Source of the DNA: Thelocarpon superellum
Taxonomy: Eukaryota
Assembly: GCA_026025795.1 (NCBI GenBank)
Contig: JAPEUG010000035.1
Span: 1-64,000, forward strand
Length of the DNA stretch: 64,000 nucleotides
Direction: 5' to 3'
Position 1 is the first letter of the stretch. Every line of letters starts with the position of its first letter. The notes beneath the pieces are model-generated. The model saw nothing but the letters and a program-made list of their open reading frames with translations, was not told the DNA's origin and searched no databases. The translations under genes and the position numbers were made by a program. Below, piece after piece: positions 1 to 12,117 of this stretch.

Positions 1-1406
1 TCGAGCGCATGGAACATCACATCACCCCCTTCGCCGAGGAGATCGTCGCCCTCCTGCCACCCCTGTGGGAGCAATCCGGCGAGACGCACCTGATGAAGCA
101 GGCTATCCTTGCCCTTTTCACCCGGCTCATCAACTCGATGCAGGTCGAGTCCCAGCGATATCATGCCATGATCCTCCCCTTGATCAATCGCGTCGTCGAG
201 TCAGGATCGGTGAGTCCTTCAAGCTTCCTACTCAAACTCGACTCCATCCGTGCCATGTCTCACACAACGTTTACGCTAGGAGATGCAAGGCTACCTCCTT
301 GACGATGCGCTTGATCTATGGGCCGCCGTCCTCACGCAGACCGTAGCTCCAGCCTCGGCGACGCTCATGTTGCTGGCGCCGCATCTCTTCCCCATCTTCG
401 AGCTCGGTAGCGAGAACCTACGAAAGGGACTGGAGATCACCGAGTCTTACCTCCTCTTGGCCCCCTCCGAGATGCTGCAGGACACGGTGCGTGAGCGGCT
501 GCTGGGGAGTTTCGCAGCGCTGCTCCAAAGTGTGAAGCCTAGCGCGGTGGGACACATCACGCGCATGCTCGAGGTGCTGGTACGCGTGGCGGAGGGCCTA
601 GGTGGGGACGCGGCGACGGAGGTGGTCGGGTCCGGGCTGGTGGCTAGCGGTATCATGGGGCATGCCGTGCATGCATTGAATCTGAACTGGGAGGCGCGGC
701 AGACGACGGGACCTCGCCGCCTGCGTCCGCCGCTGGACGGGGCGGTGGCGACCGATTATCTCAGCGTGTTTGCCCGTCTCGCCCTTGCCAGTCCCGGCGT
801 GTTCACGAGGAGCGTGCGACGCGCGTCTACATCGCCGGACGAGAGCGTGGCACACATTCTGGACGAGTGGTTCTATCACTTTGGCAATCTCGGCGATCCG
901 GCCCAGCGGAAGCTGAGCTGCCTAGGCATGACGCGCCTGCTCGAGACAGGCGAGCACTGGATCTTGAGCCGCATGCAGGACCTGATGACCGTCTGGACCG
1001 ACGTGGTGCGAGAGGTGCAGGATGGCATGGAGGACCCAAAGGCCGAGTGGGTGGTCCCACGTGGCGCCCCACCCGGAACTTGTGCTGACGCGCGCCTAGC
1101 AACCTCGTCAAGTGGGACGTCGAGGGCCTGAAGCCGGCGCATCCCGAGCCGCCGGAGACGGAGCGTCGGAGATTGGTTCGTTGCCACCTCGCCGTTGCCT
1201 CGTGCGACCATCGGTATGCTGACTGGCCCCTTCCGCAGTTCACGTTCGCGGACCCGGTGCACCGAACGAATACGTTGGAATGGATCAACCACCACTTGCT
1301 ACAGACCATGGAGCGGAGTGGGGGACAAGACGCCTTTCAACGCGAGTGGCTGGTGAACGTGGACCAGGACATCATTCGCAGCTTCGGGGAGCTCGGGGTC
1401 CTGTGA
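1..1406 (+). CDS. KAP120: Importin-11/Kap120-like karyopherin-beta, 3' part (begins before window); introns ~210-279, 1047-1099, 1176-1238
   Basis: Helical-repeat sequence with motifs LPPLWEQS..HLMKQAIL, YLLDDALDLW, ENLRKGLEITESY, RKLSCLGMT and C-terminal DPVH. GT..AG introns join ORFs 9-302, 283-1131 and 1173-1406 in frame. Confidence 0.8.
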
Positions 1407-2509
1407 GGGACGAGGGACGAGGGATGAGCACGAGTAGACTGCTAATAGCCTGGAGACAATAGATTGCGTACCCATTGACGATAGCATCAGTTAGCAGATA
1501 CTTGTGACTTTGAGGCGCCCCATGCCTCTTAAGATTCGTATGCCGATCTAATACGGAAGATATTAATCCTCTCACCACGTACTGAATGGCCCTCCCGGAG
1601 TATTGTGTTGATGTACGAGCGGACAGGGTGGACAGCCTAGGGCCTTCGGGGTCTACGCAGACTAGCGTCCAGTTATGAGGTATGTCCCCATGCAAACGGT
1701 AAAGCGATAGACATTATTGAAGATCTTACACAACCGCCCGCTCGTGTCTGTTTCTGCAGCACAATTCTCCAATGCCAGTAGCATGGTACGAGAGAGTGGT
1801 AAGACGCCGCATGCACGCCATCCATGCATTCTGCGCCTGGATATGATGTGGTGCCGGGCCAATAGGGCTTAGTGTCCGCTAGCGGAAGGCGCAACGTCGA
1901 CGACGCCAAACCGGATGAGGGTCTGGTATGTGCCAGATTGAGTTTCCGCGCGTCAGTGCCATCCATGTCTGGACGCGACAGTGCGCGTTTTCCGGGTCGG
2001 TTTGTTGGTTGGTCGGAGCGCCCCATGACAAGCAGCAAGACAAGCACCAAGACAAGCAACTCGGCCACCGGTTGTATCTGCTCCTCCGACGGCCTCCACC
2101 CACGACAAAACCTACCCCACCACACCCTCCCCATCATCTTCCTGTTTCATCGGAAGCTGGCCGTTCACGTCTCACGGGTGCCTCTTTTGTCTCTGCTCGC
2201 AGCCAATCAGCCTTCTCATCCTTCGGTAGTCTTCGTCACACTGCGTGGCGGGGTCGTGATCCCCCACCATCCTCCCTGGTGCTCGTCACTCCACGCTCAA
2301 CAAGCCGAGGAAAGACGAGACGCGGCACCCGATCTTAGGAATGAGGTAGCACCTGTCCCGCATCTGACCGCGATCTGACGTCCCGCTTCATTCTCCCGAG
2401 GACCAAGAACGCATCCTTCGTCGGAGCTCGACCCGTCGGGCCGGGCCCGGGTTCGTCCGCGCCTGACCGGCACGCAGCTCGCCATCACAACAACCACATT
2501 CTCCTCCAC

Positions 2510-4933
2510 ATGTCTCGGCCAGTATCGTTGCCGGGTCGAGATGGCGATGTGCACTCTCACCTGCATACGCCTTCTCCCCCGCTCTCCAGAGCGGATTCGT
2601 TGAGCCCTCGGCTACCACTCGTGACCTCCGCTCGTCCTTCATCTTCCCGCGTGTCGCCCGCCTTCAGTCGGCAGACTCAACGCCTACGCCTCCGCCAGGC
2701 ACGCTTTCAAGCCACGCCCTTGTTCTCCACGGAGGATGGTACAGACCCTCTCTCTCCATCCGTCGAACCCATCCCCTTGATCTTTGCCGACGGCGAGGGC
2801 GAGACCGAGGCCGCCGAGCAACCGGCCCTTGAGACGGTCCGCCGACACTCATCCGCCACGTTCGCCACTCTCGGTCACGATCACGATCAGGAGAACGCCG
2901 TGCATCGGACGCTTCGCCGCCGCGATCCAGACGCGACCCCGGAAGTCGCGTACTCCTCCCCTGCGCCGGACGAGACCATGAGACTCCGCGAGGGCTCCAC
3001 GAATCCCCGCGCCCCGAGCCTGAAGCGGCCCAAAACACGGCCGAAGCGATGGGGCAGCGTATCCTCACCCGACTCCGAGGCGGCTCAATACATCGAGCAC
3101 ATCGAGGCACAGCTTACGATGTTGCAGAGCCAGATCAAACTCTTGACCTCGCCCACCAACGCCACCTCGCAGGCCAGCAAGCTGCGGGCCGCCGTCACCG
3201 AGGCTCGTCACTTGCGCCTCGATGTGGCAGACTGGGAGGCCAGGTTCGAGCAACGAGTGCAGGAGGGCATCGCCGCCCGCGCCGTCACCGAGGCTGGCCT
3301 GAGGACGAGCATTCGAAATCTCGAGCGCGAATGCGAGATCGTGGCGGCGGAAGCCAGCGACCTGGGCTGCCAGCTCGAGGAGATGGAGAAGAAGGTTGCC
3401 ACCACGGACGCCTTGGAGGCCGAGAATGCCGCCCTCGAAAAGCGGGTCGATCTCCTGACCAAGCTATTGGCGCACTCACCCACCGACCCGGCCTCTCAGC
3501 CGGAGCTCTCGTCCACGGGGGATCTCCGACGGCAACGGAGTCGACGTCGGCCCCGGTCGATGATCGCTTGCGTCGCCTCTCCTGAGGAGGCCCCTCGTTC
3601 GGTGCCATCGATGGAGACCCCGAAGTCACACAAGCGGCGCTCCCTTCAATCCACCTCGACGCACAGCGCAAGCTCATCCATCTGCGAGGCCTGCCCGGCG
3701 GATTTTCCACGTTCTCCCCTTGCTTCGGCCTCTCGGTCGCCACTCGTCGATGGGACTCGAGATCTCGAGCCGGCATCCATGCCGCGCACCCCATCATCCC
3801 CGCTGGCGCCGGATGCCTCGAGCGCCTGGGGCTCGCCTCCTGCGCCGTCGTCGGCTCCGCCGCGGCGCACGATGCGTCGCTTCCGCGCCGGGTCCTCAGG
3901 ACCCAGGCCGTTAATCTTGCCCATCGCGGCACAGTCGACCGGCTTCCAGACCTCACCCTCGGTCGGGACTGGACCTTCGGAGCCGTCGGAGCCGACAATG
4001 CTCCGGCTCCGCTCCACGGCCTCTCCCGATCCCTCCGGTGTGGAATCGTCCACGGACAGCTCGGTCCTCCACCCGTCGTTGTCGAGCTTCGCCGAATCCG
4101 ACACGCGTCGGGCGCCGCGCAGCCTCTTCGCGGAGCTGAAGGCGCGCCACCAGCAATTGTCGTCGTCTGCGACGACCGGGTCGTCGCTGGATGCGGATGT
4201 GGCGTCGGTGGTCGACGGCTCGAGCGCCGTCTCACGACGCGGGCTGAGGACTCGGCCCGACGTCTGGTTCGGCCTCGCCTCCCACCACCGCCCTCCCCCT
4301 TTCGCCCTCACCGGCCACGCGCAGTGGCTGGAGACGTGGCGCGACCCCATCCGACTCGTGTGGCGCGTCGTGGTGGCGCTGTGGAGCCCACGGACCACGG
4401 TCCGCATGCTGGCAGGGTTGAGCTGGTGCCTGTTGGGCCTCGTGCTGGGACCGGGGACGGGTTCCGCCGAGCGTCCTAGGCGCCTGGGCCCACCCCAGCC
4501 ACACCAAGGTGCCGGAGGAAGGGATGAGGACGGCGCCGTCTTGTCGAGGTCGGTGATGGTGAGCAGGGAGTTGATCCCCGCTCCCTCGCCAACCTCCGAG
4601 GCGGCGGTGAAGCCGTCCCGAAGCCCGGGAGCCGGGTCACCCTTGCGGGTGGCCTGGAGCTGGCTTCGCTTCTCCGTCGCCTTGGTGTTGGCCGTCGGCG
4701 TGGCCGTGCGGGAGGGGCCGGACTCCTTGTTCGCGAGGGGGAGGGAGGAGGGTGGGGCCGAGGCCGTCGAGGTGGACGGGGCGGAGGAGATGGAGGAGGG
4801 GGAGGATGAGGGGGAAGACGAGAAGGACGAGGGCGATGGCCCTGATCAGCGGCGCCTGATCGGGGCACCGGAGCCCGCGCCGCGGGCGACGGGGGGGATC
4901 TGGGGGGTGGGGCTCTGGCGGTCATTCTTTTGA
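2510..4933 (+). CDS. Hypothetical 807-aa protein: S/P-rich, central coiled coil, two C-terminal hydrophobic segments and acidic tail
   Basis: Long intronless ATG ORF. Heptad-like region YIEHIEAQLTMLQSQI...LEKRVDLLTKLL. Hydrophobic LAGLSWCLLGLVLG and WLRFSVALVLAVGVAV. Confidence 0.8.
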   Translation: MSRPVSLPGRDGDVHSHLHTPSPPLSRADSLSPRLPLVTSARPSSSRVSPAFSRQTQRLRLRQARFQATPLFSTEDGTDPLSPSVEPIPLIFADGEGETEAAEQPALETVRRHSSATFATLGHDHDQENAVHRTLRRRDPDATPEVAYSSPAPDETMRLREGSTNPRAPSLKRPKTRPKRWGSVSSPDSEAAQYIEHIEAQLTMLQSQIKLLTSPTNATSQASKLRAAVTEARHLRLDVADWEARFEQRVQEGIAARAVTEAGLRTSIRNLERECEIVAAEASDLGCQLEEMEKKVATTDALEAENAALEKRVDLLTKLLAHSPTDPASQPELSSTGDLRRQRSRRRPRSMIACVASPEEAPRSVPSMETPKSHKRRSLQSTSTHSASSSICEACPADFPRSPLASASRSPLVDGTRDLEPASMPRTPSSPLAPDASSAWGSPPAPSSAPPRRTMRRFRAGSSGPRPLILPIAAQSTGFQTSPSVGTGPSEPSEPTMLRLRSTASPDPSGVESSTDSSVLHPSLSSFAESDTRRAPRSLFAELKARHQQLSSSATTGSSLDADVASVVDGSSAVSRRGLRTRPDVWFGLASHHRPPPFALTGHAQWLETWRDPIRLVWRVVVALWSPRTTVRMLAGLSWCLLGLVLGPGTGSAERPRRLGPPQPHQGAGGRDEDGAVLSRSVMVSRELIPAPSPTSEAAVKPSRSPGAGSPLRVAWSWLRFSVALVLAVGVAVREGPDSLFARGREEGGAEAVEVDGAEEMEEGEDEGEDEKDEGDGPDQRRLIGAPEPAPRATGGIWGVGLWRSFF

Positions 4934-7066
4934 GCTGAGGGCGAGGGCGCTCATTCCTCGCGCCTATGCTCCGCCTGTCTGAACATTAGTATACCATGGC
5001 GGGCGTACCATTACCCTACCGGCGACGAGCAGTACTTCCTGTAGTACTTAATACATATATGACTCCGTCTTCGTACCATGATGGTGTTGTAGGGACGAGT
5101 GACCATGGGGGATGTGGAAGGCACTTAAGATCGCCCTTCGACGTCACATCTACGCCGGTACTCGTACCTCTCGTTCCGACATCGGAACCCGCCTGGTACC
5201 AGGGCTATCACTCACTACGACTGCACGTTTTACCTGAAGCGCTCCGGTGGCAGTCGTAGAAAGGGTACTGACAGGGTCATTACGATTAGGTACTTCGTAT
5301 GTCGACATGTTTTTGTGGGAGATCTGGCTCCCTCGGGACTGGGCTGTCATCCACTTGGATACGCATAGCTATCCTAGGGGGAGGGGCTGCTAGGTCTGAT
5401 CGATTACATGAAGAGCCTCTAATACCGATCGAAGGCCCCAGGGCTGTCAATGGTCCCGCTGTGCCCCCGGGAGCCTCCTCTGTCCTGTTTTCTACCACTG
5501 CCGTCGTGGGGCCGGGGCATGCCGACCTGTCAGACAAGATTATCGGGGACCCTTACAGCGCGCATCGCTGGTGATGTACCTTGATGTACCTCATAGATTC
5601 TGGAAGGCCTCCCGGGACGTGAATTGCATTGGGGTTGTAGGTCGTGCCCCCCCTACCTCCTCGTCCCGGCTGCCGGAGACCTCGAGTAGTTATTTGACCC
5701 ATCCTATGCACACGGAACTTGCGCGGACACTTGTGCAATACGAAAAAAAGTCAACCAAACGCCCGGCCCTGTTTCGCATTGGACAATATGAGGAGTGATC
5801 GTGTCTTATTAGTGCCGTCCGCCGCCGATCGATTGACACCTGACACAGGATCTCTCATGTGCCAGATAAACATCCGCCCGACTTCTGACGGCTGACCTTG
5901 GGATCTGGTCCAGCGACCAACAGCTGCGTGGACGCTACTTCGAGCAGTGAGTCGGAAGAGTGACCTGCGTGGACCCTTTGTCCTGCACCCGGTGGCGGTG
6001 CCCAGCCCGTGGCCGGGGCCAGGGGGCGCAAGCGGGTTTGAAACACCTTAGGTGAATCCTCGAGTCCTTCTATCTCCGTGCCGAACGAATTCCTCCCGTA
6101 GTCGGGCGTGGGCACTCGACTCAAGCGAGCAACGGCGAAGCGAACGGCGACTACAGGGCCAGCAGACTGTCCGGACGCCTCGCTATTGCCCGACGGGTAA
6201 TAGCATGGTGAGCGCTGGCGTCGGTTGGGAGGTGGATTCCGGTCCACACGTGCCTAGCATCCACGCGTGGACAGGCACCTCGCCTCGCTGCGTACGGTGG
6301 CACGACCGCAGATTGGCCCGGTGGAGGAATTGGCCTGGATGGGTTGAGATTACGTGAGGCGTTGATTGGTCGCCCCCCCTGAGCCAGGGCGATCGGTTGG
6401 TCGGTCAGCCTGGGCCTGGTGCCTACGGGGCCGCTGCGCTTCATTACTTCATTTGTCACCCCGGCTCGTGGGACGGTGCGCTCGGCTGAAGCGAGCCCAC
6501 CGGCGGCCTTCCCCTGGAACTCTCACGGACCAGGGAGTGGAAACGGTTCCTGCATCAATGCATAAGTTTCGCACGCCATTGGTCGCGGGTCCGCCCAGTT
6601 GGCCAGCGATGACCGCGCATTTCCCTCTGGAGCACTGGCGTGCGCGTGGTGGCTTGGGCGGACCGACGGATTGGTGCGTCGCTGCGGTGGGGAAGCGATG
6701 TGGCTGCGGGCGGGCTCACGGTGGACCAAACGATCTGCGAGGCCTCGATGAGAGGGGCCATGGAGGCGCCGGTGGGGAGCCGCTGCGCCCACGCCCACGC
6801 CCACCGCCGCACCGGGCCGATGATAATGCTCGTCACCCACTTCCATCCTCTGCCAGTTTCAGGCGCCGTGCTCCTCTGCCTTTTCCGTCTGCCTCATCGT
6901 ATCTGTTTTTCGTCACTCCCTCAACCTCGTGGTGATTTGTGCCAGTGCCAGTGCCCGTGCCAGTGCCAGTCGTGAGTCGATCTCTGAGAGATACGACGCG
7001 TCCAATCCTTGGTTGCTCCATCACCCTCACGGTCCTCGTCCTCCCCTTTGATCAGCGCCCGTCAGC

Positions 7067-8060
7067 ATGCATCTTCACGTTCTGGCACTCTGTGCCTCGG
7101 GCCTTGTCAGCCTGACGGCCGCCTACACCCAGCCCGTTGGCGCGACGCCCACGGGCAATCCCATCTACTCTCCGGCGCTGAATGAGATCGTGCCGTGCGG
7201 TGAGCCGTACACGATCAAGTGGAATGTAAGTCGTGTTTCTGGCCGCGATGCCATACCGCGACTGATGCCTGGGGTAGGCGACGTCGGACAGCACAGTGAC
7301 ATTGCTCTTGTTGCGTGGCCCGTCGGCGGACATGACGGTGCTCTATCCCATCGTGCAGAACATTCCCAACCTCAGCTCGTACCGGTGGACACCCAGCTAT
7401 GAGCTGCAGGCCGACACGACCCACTACGGCATCCAATTGATTCAAGATTCCAATGGCGCCTATCAGTACACGTCGCAATTCGGCATCAGCAACAGCCATC
7501 CGGAGTCGCCTTCGTCCTCTTCATCTTCGTCCGCCACGGGATCCAGCTCGAGGGAATCCGCCGAGTCGCCAACACCCTCCGCACCGTCGGCGGTCAAGCA
7601 CACAACGTCGACGATTTACAGCACGCAAGTCAAGACGATCACCAGCTGCGCGCCGACGGTGAGCCACTGCCCAGCACGCTCGACTGTCCTGGTGACGTCG
7701 GTCATCCCCGTCTCGACGACGGTGTGCCCGGTGACCGCCACGCACGGGCACGGCAGCAGCAGCGAGGCACCCTTTGGCAATGGCACCATCACGTCATCCA
7801 GTCCATTCGCCGGAACGACGGGGAAGCCGACTGCCCAGCTACCGGGATCAGGGAACATCAGCGTCCCGACAACGACGACGTTCGTCCCGCTCACCACGTC
7901 CTCCTCCACCGCCGCGCCAGTATTTACGACAGCCGCGCCTGCTGGCACCAAGGCGGCTGCCGCGCCGGTGGCCTCCTCGATGGCCAGCGCCGGACAGCTG
8001 GTGGGCCTCACGACGATCGTCTTGGGCGCCACGGGGATGCTGTACGCGCTCCTCCTATGA
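7067..8060 (+). CDS. Secreted GPI-anchored Ser/Thr-rich cell-wall protein with Kre9/Knh1-like N-terminal domain; intron 7226-7277
   Basis: Signal peptide [34 protein letters not shown]|..[16 protein letters not shown] motif; [13 protein letters not shown] repeat; hydrophobic C-terminal GPI signal; GTAAGT..CTGAT..TAG intron restores the frame. Confidence 0.9.
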
Positions 8061-8283
8061 TCAGCCGTGCATGTTTGGATCGATGGGTCTGCACGCTTTC
8101 CGGTACTTCTGTACTCTGTATATCACGGTACAGCGTGTCGTGCGAATCTGTAAATAGTAATAGGGGGGTAGATGGGCGAGGGACGTGTACGCGTACGTTT
8201 ACGTGTATGTGTACGTATAGTTTCTAGTTGACCTGGCCGGTACGATACCCATCCCTAGCCAGCTGCACTCAAAGCAGCAATAG

Positions 8284-9099
8284 TCAAGAACAGAAGGGAG
8301 GATTCCAGAATCTCGCCGCGAGTTCATGAACCGCGTACCCATACACAAACGGGAGCAGCGGCGCCCACAGCTCGAAGCACTCGGAGTTGACATACGGAGG
8401 CGTCAGCAGAAGCGCCGCCAACGCCGCCTCGGACCCGCGGCTTCCTTCCGCCTGCGTGACTCTATGCATCTTCAGCTCTTTCAAGCATTTGAGATACTTG
8501 TGCGGGATGTTGTGTTTCTCGAGGTCTTTGTCCGTGAGCGTGGCGGCGAACCTCATCAGGCGCGCGGTACTGTGCTTGCATGTGCCATTTTTCACCCAGA
8601 GAATGTCGCCGTGATTCATGCGCTCTTTCGAAGACATGAGCGAGGCAAGCTTGGCGGCAAGGTCGAGGACTAGGTTATCGGTGTAAGCTCTGAAATGCGC
8701 TCGTTCCATCACGTTGTAGCGCTTTCGCTTTTGCTGGAACCGTGCCACGTCTGCCTCGACCTCTGCCAACTGCTGGTCCATCCGTGCCAGTGTCTCCGTC
8801 TCCGTCTCTGTCTCTTTGTCACCCTTCCGTGTCTTTGTCCGCTTTGGCACTCGCCCTTTCGGCCCCAGGTTGACCGGGGAATGAACAGTGAGACTGAGCA
8901 GACGAGAAGAAGGTGGATTGAACCCCAAGTTGACGAGGCTAAGAGTGTCTTTGGGGAGACGAGAAGGTGGATTAGCTCCCGGGTTGACCGGGACATGAGT
9001 ACGGTGAGCAGGACGAGTAGGTTGAGCGGCTCCTGTCTTTCTTCTCCTGTTGCTATCCTTGGCCACGGAGGGAATATTTCGTTTGCTGGTGATGTACAT
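8284..9099 (-). CDS. Hypothetical 271-aa protein with N-terminal imperfect repeats, coiled coil and helical C-terminal domain
   Basis: Intronless ATG ORF in a visibly less GC-rich segment. Natural-looking helical composition (LARMDQQLAEVEADVARFQQKRKR; LWAPLLPFVYG). Confidence 0.65.
   Translation of the reverse strand: MYITSKRNIPSVAKDSNRRRKTGAAQPTRPAHRTHVPVNPGANPPSRLPKDTLSLVNLGFNPPSSRLLSLTVHSPVNLGPKGRVPKRTKTRKGDKETETETETLARMDQQLAEVEADVARFQQKRKRYNVMERAHFRAYTDNLVLDLAAKLASLMSSKERMNHGDILWVKNGTCKHSTARLMRFAATLTDKDLEKHNIPHKYLKCLKELKMHRVTQAEGSRGSEAALAALLLTPPYVNSECFELWAPLLPFVYGYAVHELAARFWNPPFCS
8862..9020. repeat. Imperfect ~57-60 bp tandem repeat (~3 units) inside the 271-aa ORF
   Basis: Recurring GTTGAC and GAGAAG(AAG)GTGGATT; encodes PVNPGANPPSR / LVNLGFNPPSSR / PVNLGP. 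Confidence 0.7.
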
Positions 9100-9718
9100 G
9101 GTGTAAATGGATCGCCGAGGGACGATTCAAATCCGTGTCTGAGAGTTGCTCTACTTGGTGGGATAAGGGAGTCGTAGGTTGGGTTTCAAGCACTGTGGTG
9201 AACTGAGAGGCACAGGTAACTTTCTCCGTAAGATGGGCAAGTAAACCACTTTTCCCCGGTGCTTTACGTTAACTAATCGGCAAGCTCACGGTCAAGCTGT
9301 TGGGGCACTGACACGCCACAAGTCGCCTAGCTTCAACCGCCAGTACGATGTTCGTAACAATCCACGAACCTGTCGTGCCGCACGGTATCGGTACTGACGC
9401 ACCCCGGTTATTCAACTGGAGATGGGTGGTTTATTCTACGGAAGCTATCCGTCGTTCTAATATACAGCTATTGTGGGTCACGTGAGGCGGCTTACTCAGA
9501 AGCCTCGAGCTCCGGTATAGAGCCTCCACAGTACGGATACCGGTAGACAGGCGAGGTGCACAAGAGATATGCCAAACGCACATCCAAAACACCCAATCAC
9601 CTGATCACCTATTCACCGAATCACCCAGTGATGCATCGATTGATCGTAGCGCCAACAAGTCAAGAAAGCAATTGAAGAAGCCCGACTTCGCCTCATCCAC
9701 GCACGCACAGGAGACACA

Positions 9719-10194
9719 ATGGCACAAGGAGCAGCATCAATGAAGAAAAGCAAGCCGAACTCGAAAGCAGGAGGGAGGAAATCGACGGGTGGTTCAGGAT
9801 CAAAAAAGTACGTCCTGTACGCTCTCTCGCCCCTCCCTCGCCCCCCACCTGCCCCTCCGTCTCCTCATGTGGTTGGTGGAATCCACTCGTTTCCGCCCTT
9901 CTCACATACCTCTCCAGCACATCGTCCGCGATTCAAAAACGCACAGCACCACTCACGAAAAAGGGCAACCGCACGGTAGCGCCGAAGCGGGGGTCGTTGA
10001 TCGCGCGCAGCAAGAAGGACCAGGCGATTCGAGCGCGTTTGACTGCCCTTACGGAGACGCAACTTGCGGGGAGAGTCGGACATTTGGAGCTATTGAGGGG
10101 TGGGAAGAGAGAAAAGGGAGTGAGAGGGGAGGCGAAAGGGACAGGGACGGATGGGAGGGATAGGGGGAAAAGCGGCGGCGGCGGGAGGAAATAG
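9719..10194 (+). CDS. Small basic DUF2462/UPF0390 (Leydig cell tumour 10 kDa-like) protein; intron 9808-9917
   Basis: MAQG start. Spliced product contains KKGNRTVAPK..LTALTETQLAGRVGHLELLRGG, typical of the fungal family. GTACGT..CAG intron joins the frames. Confidence 0.8.
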
Positions 10195-10498
10195 TCAAGG
10201 GCAGTTTGCGGGATGACCGTGTGGAGTGGTGGCTGCATGAGACGGGATGGACCGGGACGAAGAAGCTGGGACCGGTCAAATGGGAGGAAATGAGGAGTCT
10301 GGGACGGCCGTCTTAGCTGCATCTTCGGGCGTTTGTAGATGATGTGACTATGACGATGGTGATGAGTTGCACCCTACCAATGAATGAATCACCCCAACTC
10401 CCGAGATACTCGAAACTTACATACATACTTACAAATAGGTATCGGCGGAGGAATGAACGATAGAAGGAATAAAGGAACAATGCCAGAGTGAGGATGAC

Positions 10499-12117
10499 TC
10501 AGATCGCACGAGCAGCCTCCCCACCCCCGGCTCCCACCGCCTCATCTCGCGCCTTGCCGCGTCCCAAGCCACCCTCGCCCACGCCCATGCGTCGCGCCAC
10601 GTAGCGCTGCGCCACCACGCCCACGCCCAGTGAGAGCACTTCCTCCACCCACTCGGCGATCCACTCACGAGGATCGACGCCACCGCTCTCGATGATGTCG
10701 ACAATCTCCGCCGGGAGCGATCCTGGCGCCGCCGCCGTTCCCTCCTCCGCGGATGCGGCCGGCGCGGGGGACGCATCCAGCCACGAGATCCATTTCTGCG
10801 GCAGCGACTGCGTCAGCGTGTGAAAGGTGATGCTGTGCACCGGGTCGTGCAGGTAGATGGCGAAGCTGATGAGGTCCTCGGCTGTCTTGGCTGGCTCGAC
10901 TACGCTGTCATCGGCGCTCTCCTCTCCGGGCCCGCCGAAGAGCTCGGGCGCGGCCGTGTGCTGGATACCCTGGATGGCGAGGAAGATGTCGCTGCTTCGC
11001 ACCGGGTTGCTCTCACTGAGCACGTCGGCGGCGCGCTTGGCGGCCGCTTCGATGCCGCCGCGCGCGGCGTAGAAGTCCTGTGCGTAGGCCTCCGCGCTGA
11101 CTCGCACCAACTTGGTCGCTTCCCTCATGCCCTGGACCACGCCGAGATTCCGCTGTTCGGTGGTCTGCCGCCACCACGGCCCGTCGTTCCATCCGGTGCT
11201 GCCGGCATTGCCGACGCCGACGTCAGATCCGCGCCGTGGCGACGACTCGTGCCCGCGTTGAAGGACCATCAGGTCGCCACCCTCAACTTGGGCCATCACG
11301 CGTGAAAAGGTCTGGTAGATGAGAGAGTCCAGCGACGGATAGCCGATGAAATCGTGGGTGATGTGGATCTGGAGTCGCTCGTGCGACGAGATGGGCGGCG
11401 CCAGGGTGTGGAGGATGTTGGTAAAGGTGGGTAGCGCGCGCGAGCGGAGTTCACCACCTGTCTGTCGTGAGCCCGGGCGTGTCCTGATCGGTCAGCGGCA
11501 TTGCGGCATCACTCACCCAGGCCGCGCAAGGCCCCGACATTGCCCTTGACCTGCTCCGTCCAGCGCTTGGCCTCCTCGGTCTGTTGAATCTCCTTGACCG
11601 CCGCCTCGGCCGTCTTCACCGCGGCACTGGCCGTTGCCACCAAGCCGCCCCACCAGCTTCCACCACTCCCGGATCCCGAATCGTCCCCATCTACGGCCTC
11701 CACGGCCGGGGCAGCCGACGAGTCCGGGTCGAGGCTGGTGTGAAAGGGCCGCGAGATCTCGCCCGACTTGCGCGTGGCGCTGGGTGCATGCTTCTCCTCG
11801 CTGGTCCGACCCGACGTCGACGGCGGTGGCGTGGCCGCGGCACCGCGCTTGGGCGACCGGGTCGAGCTGGTGGTGGAGAGGCGGGGCGTATGGGGTCGAC
11901 TGACGGTACTTTCGCCCGCCAGATCGTCCAGCTCTGCCAAGATATCTTGCTCCGACGGCGCGCTGGCTGCATTCACATTTGCATTCGCATTCGCACTCGC
12001 CTTGGCCGCCGTCGGGTCTTTGCTGCCTCCCTTGACCGCGGCACTCTTGCCGATGTTGTCCAGCTCATCCAGGAGCTCCTCGTCCGTGGCTCGGGCGGGT
12101 GGCTTCTTGCCCGACAT
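10499..12117 (-). CDS. MTC1: Maintenance of telomere capping protein 1 (Mtc1, DUF5427); intron 11458-11516
   Basis: GGSWWGGL..ASAAVKTAE, APPISSHERLQIHITHD, FSRVMAQVEGG, SDIFLAIQ, DPREWIAEWVEE..VAQRYVARRMG. Confidence 0.85.

Noticed and set aside
2664..4925. Many antisense and alternative-frame ORFs overlapping real genes here and throughout the window
   Set aside because: Shadow ORFs caused by high GC3 codon bias; no independent motifs or splice signals.
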